64,000 bases of DNA from Tricharina praecox (Eukaryota), in NCBI RefSeq assembly GCF_024521635.1, contig NW_026250403.1, forward strand, positions 1-64,000. Direction: 5' to 3'. The notes under the pieces were generated by a model. The model made no database searches and was not told the origin of the DNA. It worked only from the letters and a program-made list of their open reading frames with translations. Position 1 is the first letter of the stretch; each line of letters begins with the position of its first letter. Position numbers and translations under genes: made by a program. Positions 1-12,020 of the stretch are shown one piece after another.

Positions 1-329
1 GGAGGGGCAGCAACTCGTGGCGTCATCTCCGCTGTAGAAATCCGATCCTGTAGTCCGTCTGAAGCTGGCGAAAGTTGACTCGGGGCGGGTTTCGAGGGTG
101 GTGGCAGATGTGATACCTTCGGCTGTTTGGGCATGACCGTTTGCTGCTGCGGCTGGGACGCTATAGAGGCGGGAGGAAGAGAAGTCCCGGTGGCGCGGGC
201 GTTGAGGTAGTCGTATGATACGCGGCTCAAACACAGTGTCTGGTGCGCAGTGAGAGCTGGCTTTGTCTGGAAGGCTTCGTCGCAGATGAGGCAAACATGG
301 ACCTTGGAAGTAGTGGGTCGGCGTGACAT
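1..329 (-). CDS. 5' part of a protein with an N-terminal C2H2/C2HC-type zinc finger (truncated by the window edge)
   Basis: ATG at 329, and the frame stays open to position 1: MSRRPTTSKVHVCLICDEAFQTKPALTAHQTLC, then Pro/Ser/Gln-rich sequence. The pattern is C-x2-C-x3-F-x5-L-x2-H-x3-C. It is absent from the ORF track because it has no stop inside the window. Confidence 0.55.
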   Translation of the reverse strand, partial: MSRRPTTSKVHVCLICDEAFQTKPALTAHQTLCLSRVSYDYLNARATGTSLPPASIASQPQQQTVMPKQPKVSHLPPPSKPAPSQLSPASDGLQDRISTAEMTPRVAAP

Positions 330-1045
330 GTCGGATGTCTGTCAGTGCGAGGTGTTGAGGCTGGTAGGAAGAGATGGGAAAAGTGGTGGGTGAAGTAGGG
401 AAGGAGGAGAGCGAGTGGGGGGAGAGAGCGAGAGGGAGGTGTGAGTTGAGCTGAAGAGGGAGTTGTGAGTTAAGCTGAAAGTGAGAGAGTTGAAATGAAG
501 CTAGTGAGCTGTTACGGAGTGTTAACTCTGGTCAGCCGAGTGAGCTGTGGTGTTGGGGGAAGTTTAGTGTGCGTTGAGAAGGAACAACCACCGGGAATCA
601 TTCCAATGCGCATCACAGATAGCACTCGCAATCAAACGTGACGGTCTGGTCTTGGCACTCTGATCACACTCTATTCACATGCAGGCACCGTATGATTAAA
701 TAAGAAAAGAAAAATCTATCATAATCAGAGTTTGACAAGTTGACCCGGAGAGGTCGAATCCCATTTTAATTGGAGCTTAGGTGAATGCATCCAACTGGTT
801 GCTATCGCCGATGTTGGGAACCACCACGGGCCCAACCTCACGTGGGTAGTTTCGAGGGTGAGTATTCGGCAGGAATCACACCGTCCAGATGGAGCACAAT
901 TCCAGTAGAAACAATAATACATTCCATTTTCATCCTCCATTTCTCCAAAAATACATCTAATAATACATGGGGCAATTTTCATAAACGAGTGTTATCCTAT
1001 ATCCATCTCCTCCTCCTCATCTTCCCCACATCAATCCGCACGCAC

Positions 1046-2609
1046 TTAGAAGGCAGGGCTAGCGTTGGTCAACAGCTGCTCGAAGTAAGCCTGGAACCAA
1101 GTTCCAGCCTCAGGAGCGGGCTTCAGGGCGTCGCTGAGGCCACAGTGGGAGTCGTAACGGGTAGCGCTGGTGTCTGAAGTACCGTCGGACTCACCTCCGG
1201 GCTTGACCCAGACGAAGGCATCGACGGAAGCGTGTCCGGTGTCGCTGGTGGGCCTCATGCCGAAGCCGGTGCCGATGGCATTGCACCAGTCACCCTGCAG
1301 GAGCTGGCCGGTGGGCTGCTTTCCACTGCGGCCCTGGTCGACGATGTGGTGGGTGTCGGTCCAGCCCTGTCCGGCGAGCGCGGCGGTGACGGCCTCGACG
1401 TAGCGCTTCTCGTCGCAGTTGGGGTTGGGGGTGGTGTATGAGGGGCTGTGAGGACGACAAGATCAGTATAAATCTCTCGAGAGAAGCGCAGAGGGAGGAA
1501 GTGAAACATACCAGGTAGCGAGCGACCATCCGTTGTAGTTAGCGACGTTGGTAGCGAGACCACGGAGGTTTGCGGGGGAACCGGCATCCTTCCAGATCTG
1601 CGCGTACAGGGTCGCGGCACCGGGAAGGTTGGCGGGCCAACCTAGCCATCCTCCGTGACCACCGTCAATGTACATGGACACGTTGGGCAGGGCGAGCTGC
1701 TTGATGGCGTAAACTGTGAGAGTCTTGTACGTCTCGGCGGCGTTGGCACACTTGGTGACACCCATGTTGGTGACCATGTTGGCCAGGGAATCGGGCTCGA
1801 TGACGAGGACGATGGGGATGTCGGAGAAGTCGAGGAGCGTCGCGCGGATCACATCGATGTACTCGGTCTTGTAGAGCGCGGCACCGCCGTTGGCGATCGA
1901 GAGTTCACCGTTGGATGCGGCGGCAGCGCAATCACGGTCGGGAAGATCGTAGACGACGAAGGGGACGATCACGTTCTTGGCGCCGGAGGCACGGACAGTC
2001 GTGAGGTAGGTGCGCATGCTCGGGACCTTGGCGCGGGTATCGCTGTACGAGTGAAGCGTTAGTTATTGCTACCATAGCTGGCGAGGGCTTTAATTTGAAC
2101 TTACAGCCAAGTGAACGAGGGGACATTGGCAACCTTTGCGGCAGCCGTGGCGAGGGCAGTCTTTCCAGCGGCGACCAGCGACGGGACGGCGATGCTGGAG
2201 ACTTCCGAGGCGTAGTAGGGGTTTGCCCACTGGGTCTTTCCGGCGAAGGGGTTTCCAGTGGCCGTGACCACGGGGGCAGAGGTAACTCCAGATGTGACAA
2301 CCGTAGTCGAGGGTCCGGCAGAAGTCGGGGTGGTCGAAGAAGGAACGGCGGTGGTGGCTGGGGCGGTGGTGGCCGCAGTGCCGGGAATACACTGGTGGTA
2401 GTCTATTTCCATATATCAGAATACGGCCTATGGTCTCGGTGATCCGAAGGATTTTTGATCAGGTACTCACAGGAATTGATGACCGAACAGGTGTATCCAG
2501 TGACACAGGTCGTGACACCGGTGTAGTTGATACCTCCACACTGCTGGTACGCACCCTGCTGGGCAGAGGCGGCAGCGATCATGGCGGCGGCGAGGAGAAT
2601 GCTCTTCAT
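1046..2609 (-). CDS. cbh2: Secreted GH6 cellobiohydrolase II with N-terminal CBM1 (~455 aa, 4 exons)
   Basis: Exons 2609-2471, 2402-2105, 2042-1512 and 1445-1046 join in frame. Signal peptide MKSILLAAAMIAAASA, CBM1 QCGGINYTGVTTCVTGYTC...YYHQC, a Thr/Pro linker, and GH6 motifs VVYDLPDRDCAA, IEPDSLAN, GHGGWLGW and WVKPGGESDG. Confidence 0.96.
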
Positions 2610-2731
2610 TTTGGAAAAAGTGACTGGACTGTTTGGTGGTCTGCGGTAGCCGGAGAGAATGAATGTATGGCTCAGTGAATGTAGTGGCTGCTGCGGATGA
2701 GGATTCAAAGTGGAACGGACGGTCCAATGAT

Positions 2732-3115
2732 CTTATATACCGTGAAGCCTACGATATAGACAAAATCAAGCCATCGCGCTCGGAGTCCATCCTCATCCGC
2801 AGGCCTCGCGCAATTCCGGGGCGAAGATGGAGTTGATCCGTCTAAGTGACGTGAGTGAGAAGTCAATGGGACGAGGGTAGGAGTGCACGTCAATTTGGGG
2901 AGACAGGGAGCGTTGAGGTAGCAGATATATTGGACCGCTAGTGGAGTACTATGCCGGTGGGCTAAATCTGCAGGAAGAATGGGCAACACCATGCGCATCA
3001 ATCTTCCGCACCTAGCATATGCGAGATTTCGGAAGAAGGAGGCTGTAGGGTAGGCGGGGTAGCGAGGCGTGAATCCGGGGACACCCTCACGTGGAGACAG
3101 GAACGCGGTGGGGGC
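2732..3115 (-). promoter_or_regulatory. Putative cellulase promoter: TATA box, XlnR/Xyr1-type site and CreA-type sites
   Basis: TATATAA on the minus strand at ~2733-2739, ~125 nt upstream of the ATG. GGCTAAA at 2960-2966. SYGGRG matches at ~2815, 2941, 3054, 3075, 3091 and 3108. These motifs are short, so some may be chance matches. Confidence 0.4.
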
Positions 3116-4893
3116 TGAGGGCGGCGAGGGCGGGCGATTTTTCCGATTATGCCGTTCCTAGAAAGTATGTAGGTAGGAGAACACCGGGAAAGCTCCCAGA
3201 AAGCCTGGCTACTAGGTAGCACCGCTGGCCGCACGTTTGCCATTTCGACTGAGATTCGGACGAGAACTCGAAAACTTCCATGCGGCGATGATAGAGAAGC
3301 CCCTCCTACTAGTCGACCAAAACCATCAGATACTGTATGCCCGACTCCCGATCATTCAAGCCACCATTCCCCCCAAGTCTATGAGACGAAATAGTTAGCA
3401 TGGTGTGGAATGCATCGCCATGGGTATACCTGGGAATATTTCCGAACACGACGGATAAACACATCGGGTGCCAGGGGCGACGGTATTACCGGGCCGTAGG
3501 ATTTCCAAAAATGTGCAGCCAGAGTCGCCGCAAAGTTGCTCCGCAAAGATCCTGCAATGATCAATAGAGGCGTTTCGTCCGGGTGATGAACGTCGAATAG
3601 CATTCTCCGCCAAGTTTAACGAAGGAAACGAATGCAGTCGTCGGCAAGGACGGGATTGCGGGATCGCGAGATTGCGGGATTGCACAGTTAATCTGGCCGG
3701 GAAAAGAAAAGTAGTGGATTATCAACGTGAGTAGTGTTCGAAAGTCTTCCGAACGGAGGCAACGGCGTGTGAGGCCGCTAGGTATGGGATAATACGTAGG
3801 TGGCCCCACCGGAGGTGAAGAAAAGGTTTCCGTGCAAGGTTAAGCAGCCAGGCACCATGCAGGAACTTCGGGTTCACGCGAGAGCCCACCCCCGCAGTTT
3901 CCCTACACCTCTATGGCAAGACGTTCCGGTCACAAGTTCGAGGTTCTGCACCGCCCGTCTTACTTAAATCGCGTCCTATTCTTCAGAGTAAGTAAGCACA
4001 AAACTTAAACGAGGTTCTTCAGCGCCCGTCGTAACGCATCGTTCTTGGCATTGATTGCATAACCTGTCCAAAACCAAAAAAAGTCGGTCCGGTGGCGGGG
4101 CGAGGCGACCCATAACCAGCCAAAGCCACAACCAACAATCCAACGTGATGCCATGACACCTTCAATTTTATGGACTGCAGTCCGGACTGGACTGCGACGC
4201 CGCGACGCGCAACTCAACCGTTCACAAGAGAAAAAACCCCCATTTATAGCGACCGTAGGAAATTTGATTTGATGCGAACGAAATAGAGTCCATATTGAAC
4301 TGAAGTCTTATAGTGATGGTTGTGGGAGTTCTCTCTCTGTACCTCCGCGCGCGCACCACAGGAGCCTCTGACATGAGTTGTGGCTGAATTCTCAATCAGG
4401 TAGTTTGTTTACGTCTTGGGAGCATAGGACGGACAGGAGTTACGCCCAAGTTTTCCTGTGCATACTTTGCCCGGCGTCGTCAGCCTCGTCCATAGCCTCG
4501 ACGATGTGCTTGATTTTGATCCCTGCACCCACCCCTGCACCCACCCCTGCAACCCTCCGTTGCTGTGACGACCTATGTAAGACGGGCGGTGCAGAACCTC
4601 GATAGTGACATGTCAGTCTGTACCTTGCATGACATGCCAACAGCCTTGCCTTGCCTTGTTCCTTCTGAGGCTTTCCGGCGGAACGACGTCGGAGAGAGGG
4701 CTATATGTCAACCGTCACTTATATGATGTGCTCACGCGTAAAACGAAATCAAGCGCGCGCGCACGTTCCATTGACAAGTCTCTCGTTCTCGTTCAACCCC
4801 AGCTAACCAACATCAAGACGCTCCGCGTTTCGGGCCGTCCTTCCATAGTCCACCCGCTCATCGCCGTCCGTCGATCCACATAACATCTGACAT

Positions 4894-6006
4894 CTACCAC
4901 TGCTCACTCTCAAAGTACTCCTTCAGCGAACGTGGTGCCTCCTCCAGCAACTATCGACAGTCAGCGTTTATTCCTCATATTTTCACACAAAAAAAAACAC
5001 GCTCTCTTACCTCGATCGCGCTCGTCAAATTCTGCTCAGCATTGGCCCCGAAATATTTATAATCACGAACCAACAAGAAATTCTCGAGCATCTCCTGCGC
5101 GATCTTCTCGTTTGGCAGGAAGCCCTTCCACACGTCCGCCGGCGGCTCAGCGTACTGCGCCTTCTTGCCCGTCACCTCCTTGAAGGTGTCGACGATCTCC
5201 TGTCCGCTCCACCAGCCACTGGCGGCGAGAACATTGGCGTTGAGGAGTTGCTCGCGGTGGAGCAGGATCGACGCCACGAATTTGCCCGTATCCGTGCCGG
5301 CCGAGAAGAGTGGGAACTTTGTGGACGCTGGAACCGGCCAGGCGAGTGTGTACGAACCATCCTCACCCTACGCATCATTGTCAGTACCTATATGCCCGAG
5401 TTGGTTTTGTTGAGATGGGGAGATTGACCTTCTGCATTGCGCTCTTGAGGTTGCTCATGTAGAAGCCGGGGACAAAACTGGTCATGGGGACGCCCAACTC
5501 GCGGATGTAGGCATCGATCTCGGCCTTGCCGTCGAAATGCTCGACATTCGGAAGTGCGCCGTTGCTGAGGGTAGTGACGTTTGGCAGTGAACTCCAGACC
5601 AAGTGTTCAACGTTGAGCTCGGCGGAAACTTCGGCGATGTTGCGTCCTTGTTTCACCTCGGTCTCCTTCGACATGGTTTCCCAGAAGTTGGTGACCGCAA
5701 AGACGGCATTCGAGCCCTTGATGGCGGTGGCCAGCGATGACTTGTCCATCAAGTCCGCCTAAAGTCAACTTGTTAGCAGTGCGCGGGATAACCGGTATGT
5801 AGGAACATAGTAGTTTTTGGGTGGGGATATACCTTGACGACCTCGACGCCCTGGTCTGCCAGAGCCTTACCGGAGGGTTTGGACGGGTCCCTAGTGATGG
5901 CGCGGATGCGGAATTGCTTCGAGAGCTGGGGGTGCCCGAGAACGGTCCTGATGACGGAACCACCCTGGTTTCCAGTCGCACCGAAGACAGTAAGAAGTTT
6001 GCTCAT
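4894..6006 (-). CDS. NmrA-like (atypical SDR) NAD(P)-binding protein (~305 aa, 4 exons)
   Basis: Exons 6006-5833, 5758-5429, 5367-5011 and 4950-4894 join in frame. Motifs VFGATGNQGGSV, RAITRDPSKP, VFAVTNFWE, HFDGKAEI and PGFYMSN. Confidence 0.92.
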
Positions 6007-6072
6007 GGCTGCTGCTGTTATTGGTTTTGCTTGTTTGTTTGTTTCGTTGTTTGTTTGGTGTAGAGCGATCGG

Positions 6073-6106
6073 AATGGTATGGTATGGTATGGTATGGTAT
6101 GGTATG
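6073..6106 (+). repeat. (ATGGT)n microsatellite in the NmrA 5' region
   Basis: About 6 tandem ATGGT units. Confidence 0.85.
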
Positions 6107-6758
6107 TTACTGAAGCTATTCGGACGTTTACGGGGGTGACGAGCTCTTGTTCTTATGCGAAGTCGAGTCCACCGAGATTCCCACCGCTCGAGATCGACCG
6201 ACGCCGCAGCAACGTAAGTGTCATCATGATATCGCCATTCAACATTTCTAAGCAGAACTTTCCGCATGTGCAGACGTGAGGAGAATCCAAACCGGCGCAC
6301 GCGAAGCCACCCAACGCACGGTGGAGAAGAGTTTCACCGGCCAACCCATGCTGCCGCCTTTCCCCGCAAAGCCCCACCGCACGAGAGTTGCCGTAAACGG
6401 CCTAGCTAGCCGTACAAGGCCGACCCTTGCTCACCCATTTAAGGCCGGCTGTCGCTCACTAAGCGTCCGTGACACGTGCAGTGCGGTCGCCAGAATTGCC
6501 CGCCGTGGGCTCGGGAGCGACCACTGACCAGTGGCGACTCACGAGTCAGTTTCGACCCAGTCCTCAATCCTGAGTAACTGCTATAGACAGCCACGGCCTG
6601 CAGGCTTCCTACCTATCTTCGGCGTATATAGGAGTCCAGACGTCGTGGATCGTGTTCCGTAGCACTCGCCGCCTCGCCCCCTCGCACGCTCGAGAATGAC
6701 TACATAAGGAAGCAGCCGTCAAACAGTCCCGTCCAGCTGCCAGCATCCAGTTGCCTCG

Positions 6759-8718
6759 ATGTCTTCTTCCGCCTCTCCTCGCCCGAGGCCTACCACAAGC
6801 TGCCTAGTCTGCCGGAAGCGAAAGGCAAGTGCCGTCACACAGACTCATCCCCCACCTCGCCCGCCCACGCGCTCCTTCAACCTTCATACTTCCTGTATAG
6901 CACTGTAGTTACTATAGACTATCTATCTTCCGTTCCTAACACTCGCTTGCCGTGTCCAGGTGAAGTGCGATCGCGTCCATCCTACCTGCGGAAAATGTCT
7001 GCAGAACGGCCTGCGCTGCAAATATGCGGCCCCGGGCACCAAGATCCGCTTCGTCGACGGCGATCCGAGCAGGCTCGCTCACCGTCCGCTGTCGAACGGC
7101 CTCGAAGATGAGCGCGAAGAGTTACAGCTTTTTCCTCCTTCACCTCTTCCTCCCCCTCCTCCGCCTCCACCTCCGCCTCAACGCTCGGGGCCGGACCCGC
7201 AATCTCTCGACGCTACGCAACGGACAGATGCCATCTTCAGCGGTGGCCGCTACCTCGGCGGTGTCTTTTGGGGGCTTGCGAATGATGGCAATCCCGTTCG
7301 TCATGGACTCCTGCTGTCCCCACTCACGCACTGACGGTACGTAGGATGATGTGCAGCGTCTGATATACGCCACTTGTGACCCATCCTCCAGCTACCTCGC
7401 CATTGACCTTGTCTTTTCCTCGTTACCGCCGCGTCACGAATGCGACGCGTATTTTGACGCCTTTCTCACCAGCATCAATCCAATCTTTCCGCTTGTCGAC
7501 AGCACATGGGTAACGCACTGCTACGCTTCGTTGTGGACGTGCACTACTGCCATCGAGTCTTCCGAGCTACTCCTCATCGTCGCAGTTCTCCACGCTGGCC
7601 ACATATGCACCACACCGGTTTCCACTAGCCCTCTAGATAACCTGTTCAAAGGTCTTCTGTCGGGCAGCACGTTTGAAAGTGCGCCAAATCTACAGCTGCT
7701 ACAGGCATTCACGCTCTACCACTCCTCGAACGTATGCGAAGCACTGCCTCTGAGTTCCTACACCTTCCTTCCGGTTGCTGTAAGGACGGCCCAGCAGCTG
7801 GGTTTACACACCGCCACCGCCTGCGACCTTCGCCGGCGTCTGTGGTACCACCTCTTGTACCTCGACGTCGAAGCCTCCATTGCCAATGGCCTTCCCCGGA
7901 TAGTGCACGAGGGGGACTACGACTGTCCGCCGCCGGTCCTCCCCGACCTCCAACCCGCCATGGCCCTCGCGCTCCAAGCACGCTGGGAGTGGACCACCAA
8001 CATGCAGCGCTGGCTCCGGCAATCGAACTACGACGCCGAGCTCGAAGCCTTCACCCTCCACTGCCGCGACCTTTCCCAGAAAGCGGCGGCGATCACCGGC
8101 GATACTTGGGCGCGCGACTTCATCCTTCTACACCCACCGCGCGCGCGCTGCGTCCTCTCCCACCGCCAGCTGCGAAAAGGCCCCTGGCGGCCGATGGCAA
8201 GCCACGAATCGCCCGTGCACGCAGCCTCGCGCGAGTTCCTGCGCACATACATCTCCCTCGCTACGGTCGATGGCTCGCCCTACCAATGGTACCTTCCGGG
8301 ACTAGTGCATCCACTACACGCCGTCATCATCCTTCTCCTACGTATGGAGCAAGCGTCTCACATACTGCTTCCGGAGTGTCCGGACAAGGCCCTACTAGAG
8401 GAAGCGTTTGCGCTAGTCGGCAACCGTGTGCTGCGCGGGCGGCTGACGCCGCAGACGGCGGGGCGCCCAAACACCGACGGAACCGTCTGGATCTACTGTC
8501 TACTCGGGAAACTGAAGCGGCGCGTGTGGAAGAAATGTGGGTGGAAAGGTGGCTGCGAGAATAGTAGGTTCTGTCTGCTGGGGATGGACGAGGACGAGAA
8601 TTTTATGGGGCATGCAGAGGATAAGATGAAAACGACAGAGGTCGTCGGTGATAGTGCTGATGGATTAGAGTTTAGCTGGGAGGAGTGGGATCAGATGGTT
8701 GAGAAGTTTTTTGTTTGA
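6759..8718 (+). CDS. Zn(II)2Cys6 transcription factor with fungal TF middle-homology region (~591 aa, 3 exons)
   Basis: Exons 6759-6824, 6960-7295 and 7345-8718. The spliced binuclear cluster reads CLVCRKRK|VKCDRVHPTCGKCLQNGLRCKY. The MHR contains INPIFPLVD, AVRTAQQLGLH and RRRLWYHLLYLD...GLP. Intron 1 has a GC donor. Confidence 0.92.
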
Positions 8719-8900
8719 TTGTGGTGGCTTTACGGACAAGAGTATCGATGATATACCAATGTATCCAGCGAAGATTTTTTGCGAAGTTGTTTCAGCTCTC
8801 CTTGAGTTCTCATTCGCACTCACACACACCTTGTGGAAAAATGAATGTAGTCACAAGGATACCATTCACGAGTTCATTTGAACTAGGTACATGATTCCCA

Positions 8901-11217
8901 TCACAGCTTAGCCCTCACCTCCCCCTCCTTCTCCACCTCCACCCGCTTCCCCACCTCAGCCTCAAACCTCGCAGCCAAGCCCAAGACGACATCGTCCATC
9001 CTCTCACCCCCCACTATAGTGACCGAGAACGGCAGTTTTACGCCGGTGGCAGCGTCCACATAAGTTCCGGCAGGAACCGCAATCGCACAGAGATCCAGGA
9101 CGTTTCCGAAGTGCGTAAACGTGCCCAGCAGGGAATTCTCGCCGATGGGATCGTTCGCTACCTCCCGCATCGTGGGGTGTGCCGGCGCCGTCGGGACGAG
9201 AAGCACGTCTATTCCCTGCGGGGAGAAGATGGCTTGTGATTTCCGCCGCAAACTATTATGTGTCGGGCGGGGTTACTCAACTATACCTATTGGTAGTGGG
9301 AGGGAGGAGGGGGCTCACCTCATCATGGAGTGTAAATCGCGGTAAACATCCTCCGCCGTTGACCCGCGTTTCTTGACCGCGGCAAAGATCTCGCGGATGA
9401 CGGGGTGCAGCTCGTCCTGATGCTGGTCCGCCCATCCCCTCGGCAGCCCGGCCAACCGCTCTGTCACAAAAGTGCCATCGTACAGTAACTTCCCCGCGGC
9501 CTCGAACACGGGCCATATACTCTGATCGCTCACGAGTTCTCCGCCCATATCCCGCATGCACTGCACCGCGGCGGAAAACAGCTGGCGGTACACGCCCGAA
9601 CACACGCTTAAGCTCTGCTCACTGGGCACAGCAAACCTAAACCCGCCCTCGATTTCAGGGAAGGCATTAACCCACCTCTTTACCGCGGGCGCATGCTTCG
9701 CCATCCTATCCCTTTTGTCAAACCCTTTTGTCAGGCGCCACAGCTTTCTCGTGCACGCCACAGTGCGCGCAGTGTACGCGATGCAGTCGAGCGACTCGCA
9801 CGCCGTCACCACGCCGCGGAAGCTAATCGTGCCCTTTGTTGGCTTGAAGCCCACGACGCCGTTGAAGCCCGCCGGGACACGGCCGGAGCCTGCAGTGTCC
9901 GTTGAGACGGCGAAGGAGGCCAGGCCCGAGCTCACGGATACGGCAGAGCCGGATGAGGAGCCGCCCGGGATGTGCGTGGCTGAGAAGGGGTTCGGTGGGA
10001 TGCCGTGGGGGGACCGACAGCCGGTTAGGCCGGTTGCTAGTTGGTCGAGGTTGGATTTGCCGAGGGGGATGGCGCCGAGGGAGAGCAGGGTTGAGACTAC
10101 GGTGGAGGAGACGGTGGGGGTGTAGGCTAGTGGGGGGCATGCGGTGGTGGTGGGTACACCGGCGAGGTCGATCGAGTCTTTGATCGAGAATGGGATGCCG
10201 TAGAGAGGAGGACGGGCTGTAGGATCTGGGAACGTTTTTTCTAGGGTTCGACAGGTTTCCGTGAGCTGGGCGAGCGGGATCAGGTGGATGAAGATGGCCG
10301 AACGCTGGGGGTGGGCGGTGATCCGCGCGTAGATGGCCCTGACCATTGCGTCCGGCGTGGTTATCCCAGATCTGTACGCTGCTGCGAGGGTGTTTATATC
10401 GAGCGAGTTTGGCGAATCGATTGACCAGTTTTGTGCCGTGGGAAGTGGTAAAAACGATGTGAGAGCCGACTTGATGGAGGAGAGAGTGCAGACGTAGCCA
10501 AACAGGCCGTCAGACCAATGGAGCATATCAAGGCTGGGCTGCTTGAATGCGGCATCGTTGTATCCGGCAGTGCACTCCTCCACCACGCCTGCACCCCCGG
10601 TTAGTTTCCATCGGCGTTGCAAGAACGGAGAGTAACTGACAGCACTGGAATCCGCGGTCATTCGCTTCCCGTACAGTGGTGCTGACACAGCATTCCGTCG
10701 TCACGCCCATCACCACCAGATGGGTCACGCCCATAGCCTGCAGCTCCTCGAGGAGGCAAGTGTTCCAAAACGCGCCCTTGCCGGGTTTATCGATGACAAG
10801 CTCATCCGGGAATGGCGCAACGAGCTCGTGAAGATCGTGGCCATGTTCGCCTCTGATCAGCAGACGGCTTCCAGGTAAACCCTCTTCTCCAATGACCTTC
10901 ACTTTCCCCGGGCTCGAAGACTGACCCACCCGCCACAGCTTGGAAGGAGGGCAGTCGCTCAGGTCTGGAGCATGGCCCTCGCGAGTATGGATGACGGGCA
11001 GTTGGAGATCGCGGAAGAGTTGAAGAAGCTGTTTGCAGGCGGGGAGGATGGCCTGGACGGCTTCTAGTTGCGTGTCTGACTGAATATCGCCAAACCCGCC
11101 TGGGAAGAGGAAGTCCCGCTGGAGGTCGATTGCGAGCAGTGCCGTTCGTGCCAGAGGAGCTTGGAAGGGAAAGGGCTTCGCCGGAATGCTGGCCGCTGCT
11201 GGAAGGTGAGGTGACAT
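8901..11217 (-). CDS. Fusion enzyme: isochorismatase-family cysteine hydrolase (triuret/biuret-hydrolase-like) plus amidase-signature domain of allophanate hydrolase type (~732 aa, 3 exons)
   Basis: Exons 11217-10641, 10588-9319 and 9252-8901 join in frame (2199 nt). The N-domain has a D-K-C triad: IDLQRDF, HTREGH, DKPGKGAF, GVTTECCVSTTVREANDRGF. The C-domain has a K-cisS-S triad: IKDSID, KSNLDQLATGLTGCRSPHG, GGSSSGS, TDTAGSGRVPA, plus LLYDGTFVTER. Confidence 0.9.
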
Positions 11218-12020
11218 CGTGAGAAATGGAAGTTTGGACTGTTGTTGAAGAAAAGGACCTGATTTCTCGGAGTTTTCACCTCAAGACTGTCTCTCGGCGA
11301 TTGATTCGTTCTCCCGGTGCGGTGATAATGATATGACGATCAAGTGTAGTTGCTTTTTTCCTGAAACTCCTATCGTGTACGGAATGCGATCCTCAATTCC
11401 CACCATGCGAGTTTTTCTCGATACTCTAGATCACCCGTCAGTCCGCGGCCGTCGCCCTGGACAATCTTCACATGCGGGTTCGAAAAAAGGAATATACGAA
11501 CGATTACTGGTTGTCTTTCTCGAGTTCGTGCAACACAGCATGATCACGATGACGGTTGTCACGATAAGCCGAAGCCCTAACCCAACTCCCTTCCCCGAAG
11601 CGACTCTGCACATGAAACCTCGCCAATACCCCCCACACTCATGGCTTTCCGTGGGGTATCGGAGGCTTTTCTAGGCCGATGGCAGCCCTGCGGGGTGCGG
11701 CCGTCGGCCCCAGGGGCCGGGCGAAGGCCATTCCACCATTCGTGGTCCACAGGTCGGCTCCGTATCGAAGTTGGTTGATGTGCACTTCCGAGTTCAGCCG
11801 TTCGGTATCAGTGTGGCTTGCTGGGAGGGACAGTATCATGGAGCCGATTGATATCAGGCCCGTTCGGACTGGGCAGCGTGGCCGGTCGAACGTCGCGGGG
11901 ATAACAAACGTGGGCATAAAACTAGGCCACAACCTCCTCGGAGCCTAACGTCCCATCTTGTGCGGTTCTCCGAAATCAGAAGACATTGCGAGCGATTATC
12001 ACCGGGTTTTACCGCACACG
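11218..12020. promoter_or_regulatory. Bidirectional promoter of the fusion hydrolase and the NCS1 permease, with GATA elements
   Basis: The ATGs diverge 803 nt apart. GATAR elements lie at 11323-11328, 11370-11375 (minus), 11562-11567, 11899-11904 and 11996-12001 (minus). CCGTTCGG occurs twice (~11798 and ~11860). Confidence 0.45.
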
